Assembly (NCBI GenBank): GCA_947627815.1
Contig: CANQXN010000003.1
Location: forward strand, 1-41,072
DNA: 41,072 bases
Source: an uncultured Clostridia bacterium
GTDB lineage: Bacteria > Bacillota > Clostridia > Oscillospirales > CAG-272
Direction: 5' to 3'
The notes beneath the pieces were generated by a model. It was not told where the DNA came from. It saw only the letters and a program-made list of their open reading frames with translations, and did no database searches. Both the position numbers and the translations under genes were made by a program. Below are positions 1 to 8,959 of this stretch, piece by piece (position 1 is the first letter of the stretch; the number at the start of each line of letters is the position of its first letter).

Positions 1-106
1 GCCTCCCCAATGCCATACCATTCGCAGGGTTTCTTTTTTTGATCAATGATGGGTCATATCAATTGACATCACAAATCATTATCGTGTCCTTTGGGACCCC
101 ACACGC

Positions 107-135
107 TTGACAGCTCCTCTTTTTTATGGTATACT
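107..135 (+). promoter_or_regulatory. Sigma-A-type promoter: TTGACA, 17-bp spacer, TATACT with TGG extended -10
   Basis: TTGACA at 107-112 and TATACT at 130-135, with an exact 17-bp spacer. TG at 127-128. Predicted TSS is near 142, just upstream of the uORF RBS. Confidence 0.7.
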
Positions 136-154
136 TTCCATGAAAGGAGAACCT

Positions 155-271
155 ATGGGCAGGAGCCAACGAAAAAAGCGACGAATTCCGAAAAGCCGTG
201 TGACAAAACAGTCACGGTGCGGTTTTTGCGGAATTTTTTCATTTTTTCGGGCGATCCTGTCCTTTCCGTAA
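155..271 (+). CDS. 38-codon upstream ORF (MGRSQRKKRRIPKSRVTKQSRCGFCGIFSFFRAILSFP); candidate leader peptide or small protein
   Basis: AGGAG at 145-149 lies 5 nt before ATG 155. I translated it by hand. It is too short for the ORF track and sits in a different frame from the 91..1311 ORF. The N-terminal half is polybasic and the C-terminal half hydrophobic. It ends Pro-TAA at 266-271. Confidence 0.35.
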   Translation: MGRSQRKKRRIPKSRVTKQSRCGFCGIFSFFRAILSFP

Positions 272-339
272 ACCTCCCTTCCCCCGCGATGGGACAAAAC
301 ACGGCACAAATAAACATTTTACAAAACACGGAGGTTTAC
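268..339 (+). promoter_or_regulatory. SD-sequestering helix: GTAAACCTCC (268-277) pairs with GGAGGTTTAC (330-339)
   Basis: Perfect 10-bp complementarity checked base by base. The 3' arm contains the GGAGG RBS of the GNAT gene. The 5' arm contains the uORF stop codon (269-271). Confidence 0.55.
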
Positions 340-342
340 AGA

Positions 343-1311
343 ATGAGCGAAACAATCAAATTCACAGTCTCCCCGGCCACGGCGGAACAGCTACGCTGGC
401 TGCGGGAGGTATATTGGTGCAACAACGAATATTGGAGAACGGCCAAGGTCTACCGGAACTATTATGTGGCGGCGGAGGAGAACGGCGAGGTTCTTGGGTA
501 TCTGGTCGTGCGGGAGTTCCCGGCGGTTGAAACGCTGGGCGGCAAGAACTGGTGGATCGCCGCGACTCGAATCATCGACCCCGCGAAACGACGGCACGGC
601 ATCGGCACGGCGTTAGTCGAAAAAGTTCTGTTCGATGCACAAGCCGAAGGGGTACGGTATTTGTGTGGCTCGGTCAGCCGCACATCCGCAGCCCATTTCT
701 GGGTAAAACAGGGGTTCCTGCTGACTCCCTACGGTCAGGAAAAGGCAAACAACGATCCGGACATGGATGGCAATTGTCCGCACCTTCTGCTTCGCCGAAT
801 CGATCAGGACGACCCGCCGCGCTATCCCCAATGGATCAATGTTGCCAAAGGCATGTGGGAGGGAAAAATCCGCCCGCTCACATCCGAGGAACGGAACCAC
901 ATTATCGCGGAGCAGTTGCAAAAGACAAATCCCGGCTATTGGGAAGCGCGCGGCGGCACGCATTTCGGCTATATCGCGGAGCGAAGCGGACGAACGCTCG
1001 GATGGATCCTTGCAGCAGAACGACCAATGGGAAAACCGCTCGCGGGTACAGTATGGGGCGTTCCGGCGTCCGCATTATCCGCCGAGGACGAAGACACGGC
1101 GCGGCGACTTCTGAATCGTCTGTTCGAAGCGGCTTTTGAACAAAGAGTGACACAGATTTTGTGCATGGTTCGACCCCGGCAGGAGGCACCGCTTTGGGAA
1201 CGCCGTGGGTTCGCCCTGTTCGACTGGATCAGTTTTGGTGAAAAAAACGACTTCATGTGCGCGATACGCAACATGTCCGACGGCTTCCGGTTCGTCGATA
1301 CAAAAAAATAA
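343..1311 (+). CDS. Tandem-domain GNAT family N-acetyltransferase
   Basis: ATG 343 is preceded by GGAGG (330-334). The N-terminal domain has GNAT motif A (RRHGIGTALVEKV). The C-terminal half has a GNAT-like ending (ERRGFALF) but no clear R/Q-x-x-G-x-G/A motif. The upstream part of ORF 91..1311 has no RBS and overlaps the promoter and uORF. Confidence 0.75.
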   Translation: MSETIKFTVSPATAEQLRWLREVYWCNNEYWRTAKVYRNYYVAAEENGEVLGYLVVREFPAVETLGGKNWWIAATRIIDPAKRRHGIGTALVEKVLFDAQAEGVRYLCGSVSRTSAAHFWVKQGFLLTPYGQEKANNDPDMDGNCPHLLLRRIDQDDPPRYPQWINVAKGMWEGKIRPLTSEERNHIIAEQLQKTNPGYWEARGGTHFGYIAERSGRTLGWILAAERPMGKPLAGTVWGVPASALSAEDEDTARRLLNRLFEAAFEQRVTQILCMVRPRQEAPLWERRGFALFDWISFGEKNDFMCAIRNMSDGFRFVDTKK

Positions 1312-1421
1312 CGGCTATCAAGGATCCAATCAACGGCGCAACTACATTTTGGAAAGCGCAAATGAATTAAGTTAAAACCCGCGCCCTATTTGGGGTTGGG
1401 AAAAGACTTTCGGCAAAAAAA

Positions 1422-1467
1422 CCGCAAGGCGCCACCTCTTTATGAGGCAACGCCTTGCGGCTTTTTA
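1422..1467. terminator. Bidirectional intrinsic terminator between convergent GNAT and coaD
   Basis: CCGCAAGGCG (1422-1431) pairs with CGCCTTGCGG (1451-1460). An A-run lies upstream and CTTTTT downstream. An inner CCTC/GAGG pairing extends the stem. Confidence 0.65.
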
Positions 1468-1475
1468 TAGAACAT

Positions 1476-1967
1476 TCAAATATCGGCAGACAACGATCGA
1501 AGAATCGAGAGCGTGGACGGCATAAGCATATCTTCCGGCCAGTCACCTTGATGTAAGCGCTCCCGAACAACAGTGGAAGAAAGCTCTTTTTCTTCGGGCA
1601 GTGCCAAAAAAAACACAGTTTCCAATCCCGGCGTTCTTTTTCGGTTGAACACCGCCATTTCCAACTCATAGGACAGCTCGGCTTCCTTTCGAATGCCGCG
1701 GATCAGGTAATCGATTTCATGCTCTTTGGCATAATCGGCCACATAACCGTCGTCACGATCGACCATCACGCGTTCGGTAAGACCCGCTTCTTCCATCATT
1801 GCTCGCAGCATCCGGCATCGGAGAGCGGGCGAAAACATCGGCGTCTTCTCGTGATTGATAAACACGCAGACAGTCAACTGATCAAAAAGGTCGGCAGCCA
1901 TGCGGATAAGATGAAGATGACCTCGCGTAGGTGGATCAAAACTGCCTGTAATCAGCCCTTTTTTCAT
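1476..1967 (-). CDS. coaD: Phosphopantetheine adenylyltransferase
   Basis: N-terminal GSFDPPTRGH nucleotidyltransferase motif and typical length (163 aa). ATGA start/stop overlap with rsmD. Confidence 0.93.
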   Translation of the reverse strand: MKKGLITGSFDPPTRGHLHLIRMAADLFDQLTVCVFINHEKTPMFSPALRCRMLRAMMEEAGLTERVMVDRDDGYVADYAKEHEIDYLIRGIRKEAELSYELEMAVFNRKRTPGLETVFFLALPEEKELSSTVVRERLHQGDWPEDMLMPSTLSILRSLSADI

Positions 1968-2521
1968 ATCTCCTCTTCCTCTTTGGCAAGATAGGTGAGA
2001 TATGTTTTTCCATATCTCGCAAACCGTTTTTCAACAAACCCTTCTGCGGTAAAAGGCTTGTCCCTGTCGCTTTCGCAAACCAAAAGCGCGCCTTGCGCAA
2101 AAAGATCGGCTTTCAACATGGCATGGATCGCATTTTTGACAGAATCACCCGCATATGGCGGATCCAGAAAGACAATATCAAACTGTTCTTTTCCGGCAAA
2201 ACTTTTGATCACCGCTTTATAGTCGGCATTCAGAATTCTGGCCCGATCGATCAATTTTGTTTTTTCCGCATTCTTTTTTATGATCTCGACGGCGCTTTTG
2301 CTGGAATCCACAAAAGTGGCGGATGCGGCGCCGCGTGAAAGCGCTTCCAATCCCAGCTGGCCGGATCCGGCAAACAGGTCTAACACTCTTCTGCCCTCAA
2401 TATCAAACTGAATCATAGAAAACAGGGCTTCTTTCACGCGTTCTGCGGTTGGACGGGTAATATCTTCTCCATTCAGCGTAAATAGTTTTACGCCTTTCGC
2501 GCTTCCGGTAATAATTCTCAT
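1964..2521 (-). CDS. rsmD: 16S rRNA (guanine966-N2)-methyltransferase RsmD
   Basis: DLFAGSGQLGLEALSRGA SAM-binding motif and FLDPPY motif. Conserved rsmD-coaD pairing. Confidence 0.9.
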   Translation of the reverse strand: MRIITGSAKGVKLFTLNGEDITRPTAERVKEALFSMIQFDIEGRRVLDLFAGSGQLGLEALSRGAASATFVDSSKSAVEIIKKNAEKTKLIDRARILNADYKAVIKSFAGKEQFDIVFLDPPYAGDSVKNAIHAMLKADLFAQGALLVCESDRDKPFTAEGFVEKRFARYGKTYLTYLAKEEEEI

Positions 2522-2526
2522 ATGCC

Positions 2527-4410
2527 TTATCCTTCTACCGCATCTCTCGCGGTATTCTTTTTTGTATCTGCGGTATCTTTTTCTTTATGAAAAAAGGTAT
2601 ACACCGCTTCCGCATCCATCCGTGAGATGCCCGCAACGGCGGCGATTTCTTCGCTCTCTGCCGCAGCCAATCTTTTCACCGTCTTGAAATGCGCCATTAA
2701 CTTTTGTGCTTTGCGCGGCCCGATTCCCGTAATTTTTTCCAGTGAGGAATGCGTCAGCGTCTTGCTCTTGGCGTTCTTCATGGATTTAATCGAAAACCGG
2801 TGAACTTCTTCCTGTATTTTATAGATAAAAACAAAAACAGAATGTTCTTTGGCAATGCTGATCTCGGATGTTTCATCCACCAAAGCGCGGGTTTTATGAA
2901 ATTCATCCTTGACCATGCCGAAAACCGGAATATCCATGTGAAGGGTTTGAAACAACGCTTTCACCGTGTGAACATGGCCGCGTCCGCCATCCAAAAGAAA
3001 CAGATCGGGAAGAGGCTGTTCATCGGCATGTGCGATCCGACGCCGCAGCGCCTCTTGCATGGAGGCGTAGTCATCCTGTTTTCCTTCGGTGCCTTTGATA
3101 CGAAACAGGCGATACCCGCTTTTGGCAAACTTTCCGTTTTCGACAGCGATCAGACCAGCCGTAATGGTATCCGAACCGTAGTTTGAAATATCAATCGCTT
3201 CGATGCGTTCTGGCACGACTTCCAAACCAAGAAGCTCCGCCAAACGGATCAACACTTCGCTGTCCCGTTCTGCCTGCGCATTATATGCCTGCGCGTGGAT
3301 TCTGGCATTGTCGGCCACCATTTCGCAAAGGTGGCGATGTTCCCCGCGCATCGGTCGCAAAACGCGCACTTTATGACTGCCGGCATAAGAAGTCAAAGCC
3401 TCCCCAAGAAAGTCCCGCTCTTCCTCCTCCAGTGGCAATGTGGTATAGAGTGTGCGGGGAATATAATCTCTGCGCTGATAAACACCGCAAAGAAAGGATG
3501 TCAAAGATTCCCCGTCTACCAGTTTTTCCCCGGAAAAAACAAAGGTATCGGAATCGATCACAGCGCCGTCGCGAACATAATAAATGGCGAGGCAGGAGGA
3601 AAGCTCGTGGGAATAGAGAGCGGCCACATCGTATTCATCGCCGGGCGCTCCCACGATTTTTTGCCTTTCCCATAGCAAAGAGAGCGATTTGATCCTGTCT
3701 CGGTAAAGCGCCGCCGCCTCGTACGCCATATTTTCGGAGGCATAATACATTTTTTCTTCCAAAGAATGTTTCGCCTCATTAAAATTACCGCGCAGAAACC
3801 AAAGAATATCCTTAAAAGTCTCCTTATATTCTGCCTGATCGACTTTCCCGGCGCAAACCGCGCAGCATTGCCCAATCTGACTGTATAAGCAAGGGCGTTC
3901 TTTGCCGATATCCCGAGGAAACTGACGGTTACAAGTAGGAAGCATAAAGATCCGATTGACCGTCTTGATCACTTGAGAAGCCAAGGCCGAGGAGGAATAA
4001 GGTCCAAAATATCTCGCCTTGTCGTTGCTTCTCTTTCTCACCATAGTTACGCGGGGATAGGGTTCGTTCATTGATACCTTGATATAAGGGTAGTTTTTCC
4101 CGTCCTTTAAAAGTATATTGTATTTTGGCAAATGCAACTTAATCAATCGGTTTTCCAGCGCCAAAGCTTCCATTTCGGTATCGGTAAGCATATAATCGAA
4201 ATCCTTCACCGACGCCACCATAGCCGCGGTTTTCGGTTCTTTTTCCGTATCGGCAAAGTATTGAGAGACCCGATTTTTCAGCGCTTTGGATTTTCCGATA
4301 TAAATAATCTTGCCTTCGGCGTTCTTCATAATATAAACACCGGGAGAAAGCGGCAGATCATTTGCTTTTTTCTTTAATTCTTCGCGATTTTGATTCATAT
4401 TCTTATCCAT
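2527..4410 (-). CDS. uvrC: Excinuclease ABC subunit C
   Basis: GIY-YIG N-terminus (GVYIMKNAEGKIIYIGKSKALKNRVSQYF), a UVR region and a C-terminal HhH region. I chose ATG at 4410 (MDKNMNQ...). The GTG at 4482 would run through the ptsH terminator hairpin. Confidence 0.9.
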   Translation of the reverse strand: MDKNMNQNREELKKKANDLPLSPGVYIMKNAEGKIIYIGKSKALKNRVSQYFADTEKEPKTAAMVASVKDFDYMLTDTEMEALALENRLIKLHLPKYNILLKDGKNYPYIKVSMNEPYPRVTMVRKRSNDKARYFGPYSSSALASQVIKTVNRIFMLPTCNRQFPRDIGKERPCLYSQIGQCCAVCAGKVDQAEYKETFKDILWFLRGNFNEAKHSLEEKMYYASENMAYEAAALYRDRIKSLSLLWERQKIVGAPGDEYDVAALYSHELSSCLAIYYVRDGAVIDSDTFVFSGEKLVDGESLTSFLCGVYQRRDYIPRTLYTTLPLEEEERDFLGEALTSYAGSHKVRVLRPMRGEHRHLCEMVADNARIHAQAYNAQAERDSEVLIRLAELLGLEVVPERIEAIDISNYGSDTITAGLIAVENGKFAKSGYRLFRIKGTEGKQDDYASMQEALRRRIAHADEQPLPDLFLLDGGRGHVHTVKALFQTLHMDIPVFGMVKDEFHKTRALVDETSEISIAKEHSVFVFIYKIQEEVHRFSIKSMKNAKSKTLTHSSLEKITGIGPRKAQKLMAHFKTVKRLAAAESEEIAAVAGISRMDAEAVYTFFHKEKDTADTKKNTARDAVEG

Positions 4411-4464
4411 ATTGTTTTCCAATGGAAAACGATATCTGCTCAAAAACCGTTGATATTGCCATGT

Positions 4465-4498
4465 GTAAAAATGAGCAGACACATGTATGCCTGCTCAT
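4465..4498 (-). terminator. Putative intrinsic terminator downstream of ptsH
   Basis: ATGAGCAG (4471-4478) pairs with CTGCTCAT (4491-4498). On the minus strand it is followed by TTTTA. Confidence 0.5.
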
Positions 4499-4537
4499 TG
4501 TACCGATTCATACAAAAACAACAAGGAAATCTGACCG

Positions 4538-4804
4538 TCAGTCTGCAAAGCCTTTTTCAAACCATTGTGTCAGTCCGTCAATCGCTTCTGCTTCATCAAC
4601 GCCGTCTGCGATTAAAGTGATCGTCATTCCCTGTGTGATACCCAGCGCGAGGACCGATACCAAGGATTTGGCATTGACGCGCCATTCGTCATCTTTTTCA
4701 ATCCAAACAGAGCTTTTATAGCTATCCGCTTTCTGCACAAACATGGCGGCCGGACGGGCATGTAAGCCTTTTATATAATGTATAGTTATTTCTTTTGAAA
4801 CCAT
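4538..4804 (-). CDS. ptsH: Phosphocarrier protein HPr (canonical)
   Basis: 88 aa. GLHARPA with His15, and NAKSLVSVLALG with the regulatory Ser. GAAGGAG RBS. Confidence 0.9.
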   Translation of the reverse strand: MVSKEITIHYIKGLHARPAAMFVQKADSYKSSVWIEKDDEWRVNAKSLVSVLALGITQGMTITLIADGVDEAEAIDGLTQWFEKGFAD

Positions 4805-4864
4805 GATATCAGTGCTCCTTCATTCCTGCACACAATCATTATATATTCCCGTATATCATAGAAG

Positions 4865-4893
4865 ATTATAACAAGAAAAAAAAGAAAAATCAA
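4865..4893 (-). promoter_or_regulatory. Sigma-A promoter for ptsH: TTGATT, 17-bp spacer, TATAAT with TGT extended -10
   Basis: The reverse complement of 4865-4893 reads TTGATT-17 nt-TATAAT. Confidence 0.65.
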
Positions 4894-4913
4894 TAGCCTG
4901 CACTGAAAAAAAT

Positions 4914-5468
4914 TCAAGGACGCGGAATTTCGGTGATTGTAACAGTTAAAACGGATGAACCGGCAGTCACTTTGAGTATTTTACCCACATTCAAGGAACC
5001 GTTTTCACCAAAGGTAATGCCGGTGTCTTCATATCGTCCTGTGACAGTCAGTTTGCCTCGCACGGTATATCGAGTAGGATCATTCACGGTGTGAAAAACG
5101 GTCATACCGTCTTCCTCGGCAAGGACGGCGGTCTGGTAGGGTTCAGAAGTAATGTCGGATACCGACCCCAGCTCTTCCCCGTCAAGCATCCATACAAGAT
5201 CCTTCTGCCAATGCTCATATCCATCGACAGAAATGCCGTCAATTTTAAAACTTACCGTGATTTTTTCAAGAGGCGCACGACTATCAAACCAATTTAAAAC
5301 AGCCGCACGAAATAAGAGTCCGACCAAACACAAAAGCAGAAGAATCACCAAAAGAAAATCAAGGACGGTAAGCCGGGTTTTCTTTCCTTTTTTCTTTTCC
5401 TCTTTGACTGTAGCGGAAGACCACTCCGTCTTTTTTTCCTGAACTTCGCCGCGTTCATTATGATTCAT
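4914..5468 (-). CDS. DUF4330-like single-pass membrane protein (paralog 2)
   Basis: 184 aa. Charged N-terminus, one TM (LTVLDFLLVILLLLCLVGLLF), then a beta-rich ectodomain. Size and N-terminal pattern match my recollection of DUF4330. It overlaps the upstream paralog by 11 nt. Confidence 0.55.
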   Translation of the reverse strand: MNHNERGEVQEKKTEWSSATVKEEKKKGKKTRLTVLDFLLVILLLLCLVGLLFRAAVLNWFDSRAPLEKITVSFKIDGISVDGYEHWQKDLVWMLDGEELGSVSDITSEPYQTAVLAEEDGMTVFHTVNDPTRYTVRGKLTVTGRYEDTGITFGENGSLNVGKILKVTAGSSVLTVTITEIPRP

Positions 5469-6006
5469 TTGCTGCCACCTCCTCTACAGAAATACAACGA
5501 CAGACGCCGCTAAAGAAAGGCGTCAAAAAGGAAAACTCACTGCCAACACCAATAGATTCCCCCTGCCATGTGTGATTTTGGGCATCCGAAACAGACATCT
5601 GAACGCAAATGCTGAATTCAAATTTACTAAACCCGGGACAAACGGCATAAACCAAATTACCCGCATCGTCAGTCTTATCGGTAGCGGCAAAATAAGGCTC
5701 TGCTTCCCCAACGGTTTCAATACTGCCAAACGGCACGGGCGCCGAATTGCCCTCATCAAAATAAAGATAAAATGAATCTTTCGGCATCATGGGAAGCTTA
5801 CCCGATGATAAAAGATCGTTATCAACGCGATCGATGGAAAAACGATAGCGCAAGGTCTGCTTTTTTCCGGACAGTCCCAAAAGGCCGGAGTCCGAAAAGA
5901 AGAAAAGAAAAATCATCGCTACAAGCAATGCAAAAACCAACAAAAGAATCAAAGCGTCGATGACATTAAATCTGCCCCCGGCTTTTGACTCGCCGTGTAT
6001 TGTCAT
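5458..6006 (-). CDS. DUF4330-like single-pass membrane protein (paralog 1)
   Basis: 182 aa. RFNVIDALILLLVFALLVAMIFLFF TM after a short N-terminus. GGGAG RBS. Confidence 0.55.
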   Translation of the reverse strand: MTIHGESKAGGRFNVIDALILLLVFALLVAMIFLFFFSDSGLLGLSGKKQTLRYRFSIDRVDNDLLSSGKLPMMPKDSFYLYFDEGNSAPVPFGSIETVGEAEPYFAATDKTDDAGNLVYAVCPGFSKFEFSICVQMSVSDAQNHTWQGESIGVGSEFSFLTPFFSGVCRCISVEEVAANES

Positions 6007-6150
6007 ACATATTACTCCCTTCGTTTCGTAGCGATACAGGATTTCGACACAAACCCGTTCTGACTTGGCCTTGAAAGTGTCAACCGTATAGCGGTTTTCT
6101 TATCCGCCGTGTTATTCAACTATTTTGTATAGCAAAGAAGAGCTATAGGA

Positions 6151-8280
6151 TCAAGGACGGTTGGTTCTGGCAATCTTTTTCCCTTTTCTTCTGGCAAGAA
6201 CAAATTCGAGGTCGCACGCGTCACTTTCATTTTTTTCGCCCGTTTTCGTCTGAAGTGCCAACCGTCTGCCGGCGCTGATAAGCCCAAGCACAAACCAAAA
6301 AAGATAAAAACTCCGTGCGTCACTCCAGAGATAAGAAACACAACCGATCAACAGCATCGCCGTTAAAACACCAAGCAGTGAAAGTGTGATCCAAGCCATT
6401 TTGTTTTTCAAGCCGCATTTGCGAAAACACGAAAAAACGCTTCTGGCCACCAGCATTAAAAGGATCAAAAACACCATAAGTCCGGGAGCGCCCAACGACA
6501 ATAAAATCTGAAAGAAGAAGTTGCCGATATCGGAAGCACCCGATAAAACCGGCGTTGTAAATCCGGAAAAAGCCGCGGAAAAAGCGCTCGCGCCGATCCC
6601 GATGCCGGGCAGAAAATACAGCCGTGCCATGCCGGAGCCTGCTTGCCAAAGCGCCCAACGGGTGGTTATCGCCTCATGAGAAAAACCGAAAAATCCGGCG
6701 ATACGACTTCTCAGATCTACTGGCAGGAAAAAGACCGAAACCGCAGCGGCAACGAGAAGAAAGACCCATGGCTGAGCTTTTGGCGTGCGTATCAGCCATA
6801 AAAAAGCCACAACAACGACCAGAACCAGGCCAACAAAAACATTTTTTATCGCAGCAAGATTCAGGATCACCGCCAGCATAGTGACAACTGATTGAAAACG
6901 CATGAAGAAATGTTGGGCAGATATCAGCAGGCCGAGCGAGACAAAAAACGCTGTGACTAAAAAGAGCGCCAGCGCTGTAGAGTTTTCCGAAAAAGGAAGC
7001 GCATCATTCACAAGCCATTTCCAAAGCGCCGCATTCGGATGCCTTGCACCCTGCCACCGCGCCAGCCAATCCACGCCATAAAGAATCGCCACTACAACTG
7101 AAGAATACTGTAGCGAAGCCAGGCAACGGAGTAGCCAGCCTTCCGATTTGATCAAAACCGTGACGGAAAAATATGTGAATCCAAACAAAAGGAATGTCTG
7201 CGCTTCCAAGAAAGAAGAAAGACCGCCATAAGTGACAATACCGCCAAAACCGACAAGCAGTAAAAACAGAATGATAAAAAGATCCGCCGGTTCAAGACGC
7301 AAACCGCGTTTGCCCCGCAAAAGCTTAACGACCGTGCTCAACAAAACCAGGCCGATCAGAACCGGAGCAAAATATGTCCGGGCAGGAAGCAACGGATAAA
7401 ACGGGAGCAAGAAAACGGAAAGGCACAGGCCGGATTCCGGTATTGTCAATATGATAGCGCAAAGCAAGATCAAGAGGCAAACCGCGGCCAGATAATACGG
7501 CGGGACCAGAAAGGTAAGGAGGCCGAAGAACATGCCGAGAACAAACACATGGCCACCGTTTCGCGCTTGAGCAGAAAAACCCGCCGGACGATTTCTGATG
7601 CCAAGAAAATTACGCAAAATCGAACCCACAACCCGGCTATCCAGCAGAAAATCATATAACGATACATTGCTGGCAAAAAGCAGAGAGAGCGACAGTGGTA
7701 TCAACAACACCGCCGCCACGATAAACGCCGAAGTTAAAACAACATTACTTTCCGTTAAGAAGGAAAAAACGGGCAGCTCCACATGGTAAAGAGAAAACAA
7801 AAGCAACGCCAGTTGTGAGATCAGCATAAATAACGCAAAGGAAATCGTGAACATCCCGCACGAAGGCAACGCCGTGGAGAGCAATGCTTTTTTGATGCGC
7901 GAGAAAAACATTATGATCCGACTGGAATCAAACGCCCGCGCGAACCGATCGGTCAAGGTTTCCTTTATGCTGTCTGTGGGGTGATAATCAAATGTTGGAT
8001 CGATTGCCTCCGCCGCAATGCCGGTATATTTATCGGCCTTGGCTCCCGGAGCAACGAAATGCCCCGTAAGAGCGGCGCGCTTGTAGCGCTCACAGACCGC
8101 GTCATAATTACTTAAATAATGTCCGACCGCGCCGTCTTTGGTCATGTCGTATGTTTTCTGGCACAAAGCATTCAGGGGATTGCCGATTTTATGATGCCCT
8201 TGAAAATATTTTTCCCTGTGTTTTCTGACTCGCAAAAGATCCTCACCCCTTTTCAAAAACATTTTTCGAAGCTTTGTCAC
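6151..8280 (-). CDS. Large polytopic membrane protein, O-antigen ligase/polymerase (Wzy_C)-like, with a roughly 130-aa soluble N-terminal domain
   Basis: More than 10 predicted TM helices. RWALWQAGSGMARLYFLPGIGIGASAF followed by GNFFFQILLSLGAPGL resembles the conserved Wzy/WaaL-family C-terminal segments. The start is uncertain: GTG 8280 lies 4 nt after the trmD stop, and ATG 8262 is the alternative. Neither has a clear SD. Confidence 0.5.
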   Translation of the reverse strand: MTKLRKMFLKRGEDLLRVRKHREKYFQGHHKIGNPLNALCQKTYDMTKDGAVGHYLSNYDAVCERYKRAALTGHFVAPGAKADKYTGIAAEAIDPTFDYHPTDSIKETLTDRFARAFDSSRIIMFFSRIKKALLSTALPSCGMFTISFALFMLISQLALLLFSLYHVELPVFSFLTESNVVLTSAFIVAAVLLIPLSLSLLFASNVSLYDFLLDSRVVGSILRNFLGIRNRPAGFSAQARNGGHVFVLGMFFGLLTFLVPPYYLAAVCLLILLCAIILTIPESGLCLSVFLLPFYPLLPARTYFAPVLIGLVLLSTVVKLLRGKRGLRLEPADLFIILFLLLVGFGGIVTYGGLSSFLEAQTFLLFGFTYFSVTVLIKSEGWLLRCLASLQYSSVVVAILYGVDWLARWQGARHPNAALWKWLVNDALPFSENSTALALFLVTAFFVSLGLLISAQHFFMRFQSVVTMLAVILNLAAIKNVFVGLVLVVVVAFLWLIRTPKAQPWVFLLVAAAVSVFFLPVDLRSRIAGFFGFSHEAITTRWALWQAGSGMARLYFLPGIGIGASAFSAAFSGFTTPVLSGASDIGNFFFQILLSLGAPGLMVFLILLMLVARSVFSCFRKCGLKNKMAWITLSLLGVLTAMLLIGCVSYLWSDARSFYLFWFVLGLISAGRRLALQTKTGEKNESDACDLEFVLARRKGKKIARTNRP

Positions 8281-8284
8281 ATGA

Positions 8285-8959
8285 TCATATCAAATCAGGT
8301 CTTTTTTTTCGTGTCAAAGACAATGCTTCTTGATGGCGCCACCGTTCGATTTGCGCATGATCACCGTTGAGAAGTACCTCGGGAACCCGTTTGCCGTGAA
8401 ACTCCACCGGCCTTGTATATTGCGGATATTCCAACAATCCCGAAGCAATACTTTCATTTTCATAGCAGGAAGGATCGGCAAGAACTCCAGGACAAAGACG
8501 CGCCACCGCATCGATTAAAAGACACGCGGGAAGTTCGCCGCCCGTCAGCACATAATCGCCAACCGAGATTTCCTCGTCAACAATTTCTTCCAGAACGCGC
8601 GCATCGATGCCCTCATAATGTCCGCAAAGAAGAAGAAGATTATCGTATGCTTTCAGTTGTGCCGCTTTTTTTTGCGTGAGCAATCTGCCTTGCGGAGAAA
8701 GGTAGATTGTGCGGACACTACCGGTCAAATGGCCTTTGACATCATGCCAACAATCATAAACCGGCGGCGCCGCTATCAACATTCCTTTCCCTCCGCCGTA
8801 CGGCGTATCATCCACCCGGTGATGCTTGTCCTTAGAATAAGCGCGGATATCCACCGCCTCTACCGAGATAAAGCCCGCCTTTTGCGCCCGCCCGAGAATG
8901 CTTTCATCGCAAATACAACGAATCAAATCGGGAAAAAGAGTCAGCACTGTAAACTTCAT
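8285..8959 (-). CDS. trmD: tRNA (guanine37-N1)-methyltransferase
   Basis: MKFTVLTLFPDLI N-terminus and SPOUT-knot motifs (LLCGHYEGIDARV, SVGDYVLTGGELPA). Confidence 0.95.
   Translation of the reverse strand: MKFTVLTLFPDLIRCICDESILGRAQKAGFISVEAVDIRAYSKDKHHRVDDTPYGGGKGMLIAAPPVYDCWHDVKGHLTGSVRTIYLSPQGRLLTQKKAAQLKAYDNLLLLCGHYEGIDARVLEEIVDEEISVGDYVLTGGELPACLLIDAVARLCPGVLADPSCYENESIASGLLEYPQYTRPVEFHGKRVPEVLLNGDHAQIERWRHQEALSLTRKKRPDLI

Noticed and set aside
91-342. N-terminal extension of the GNAT ORF (the ORF track starts it at 91).
   Set aside because: It would begin inside the promoter (107-135) and has no RBS. A GGAGG-ATG combination at 330-345 gives a normal GNAT N-terminus, and the region is better explained by the promoter, uORF and helix.
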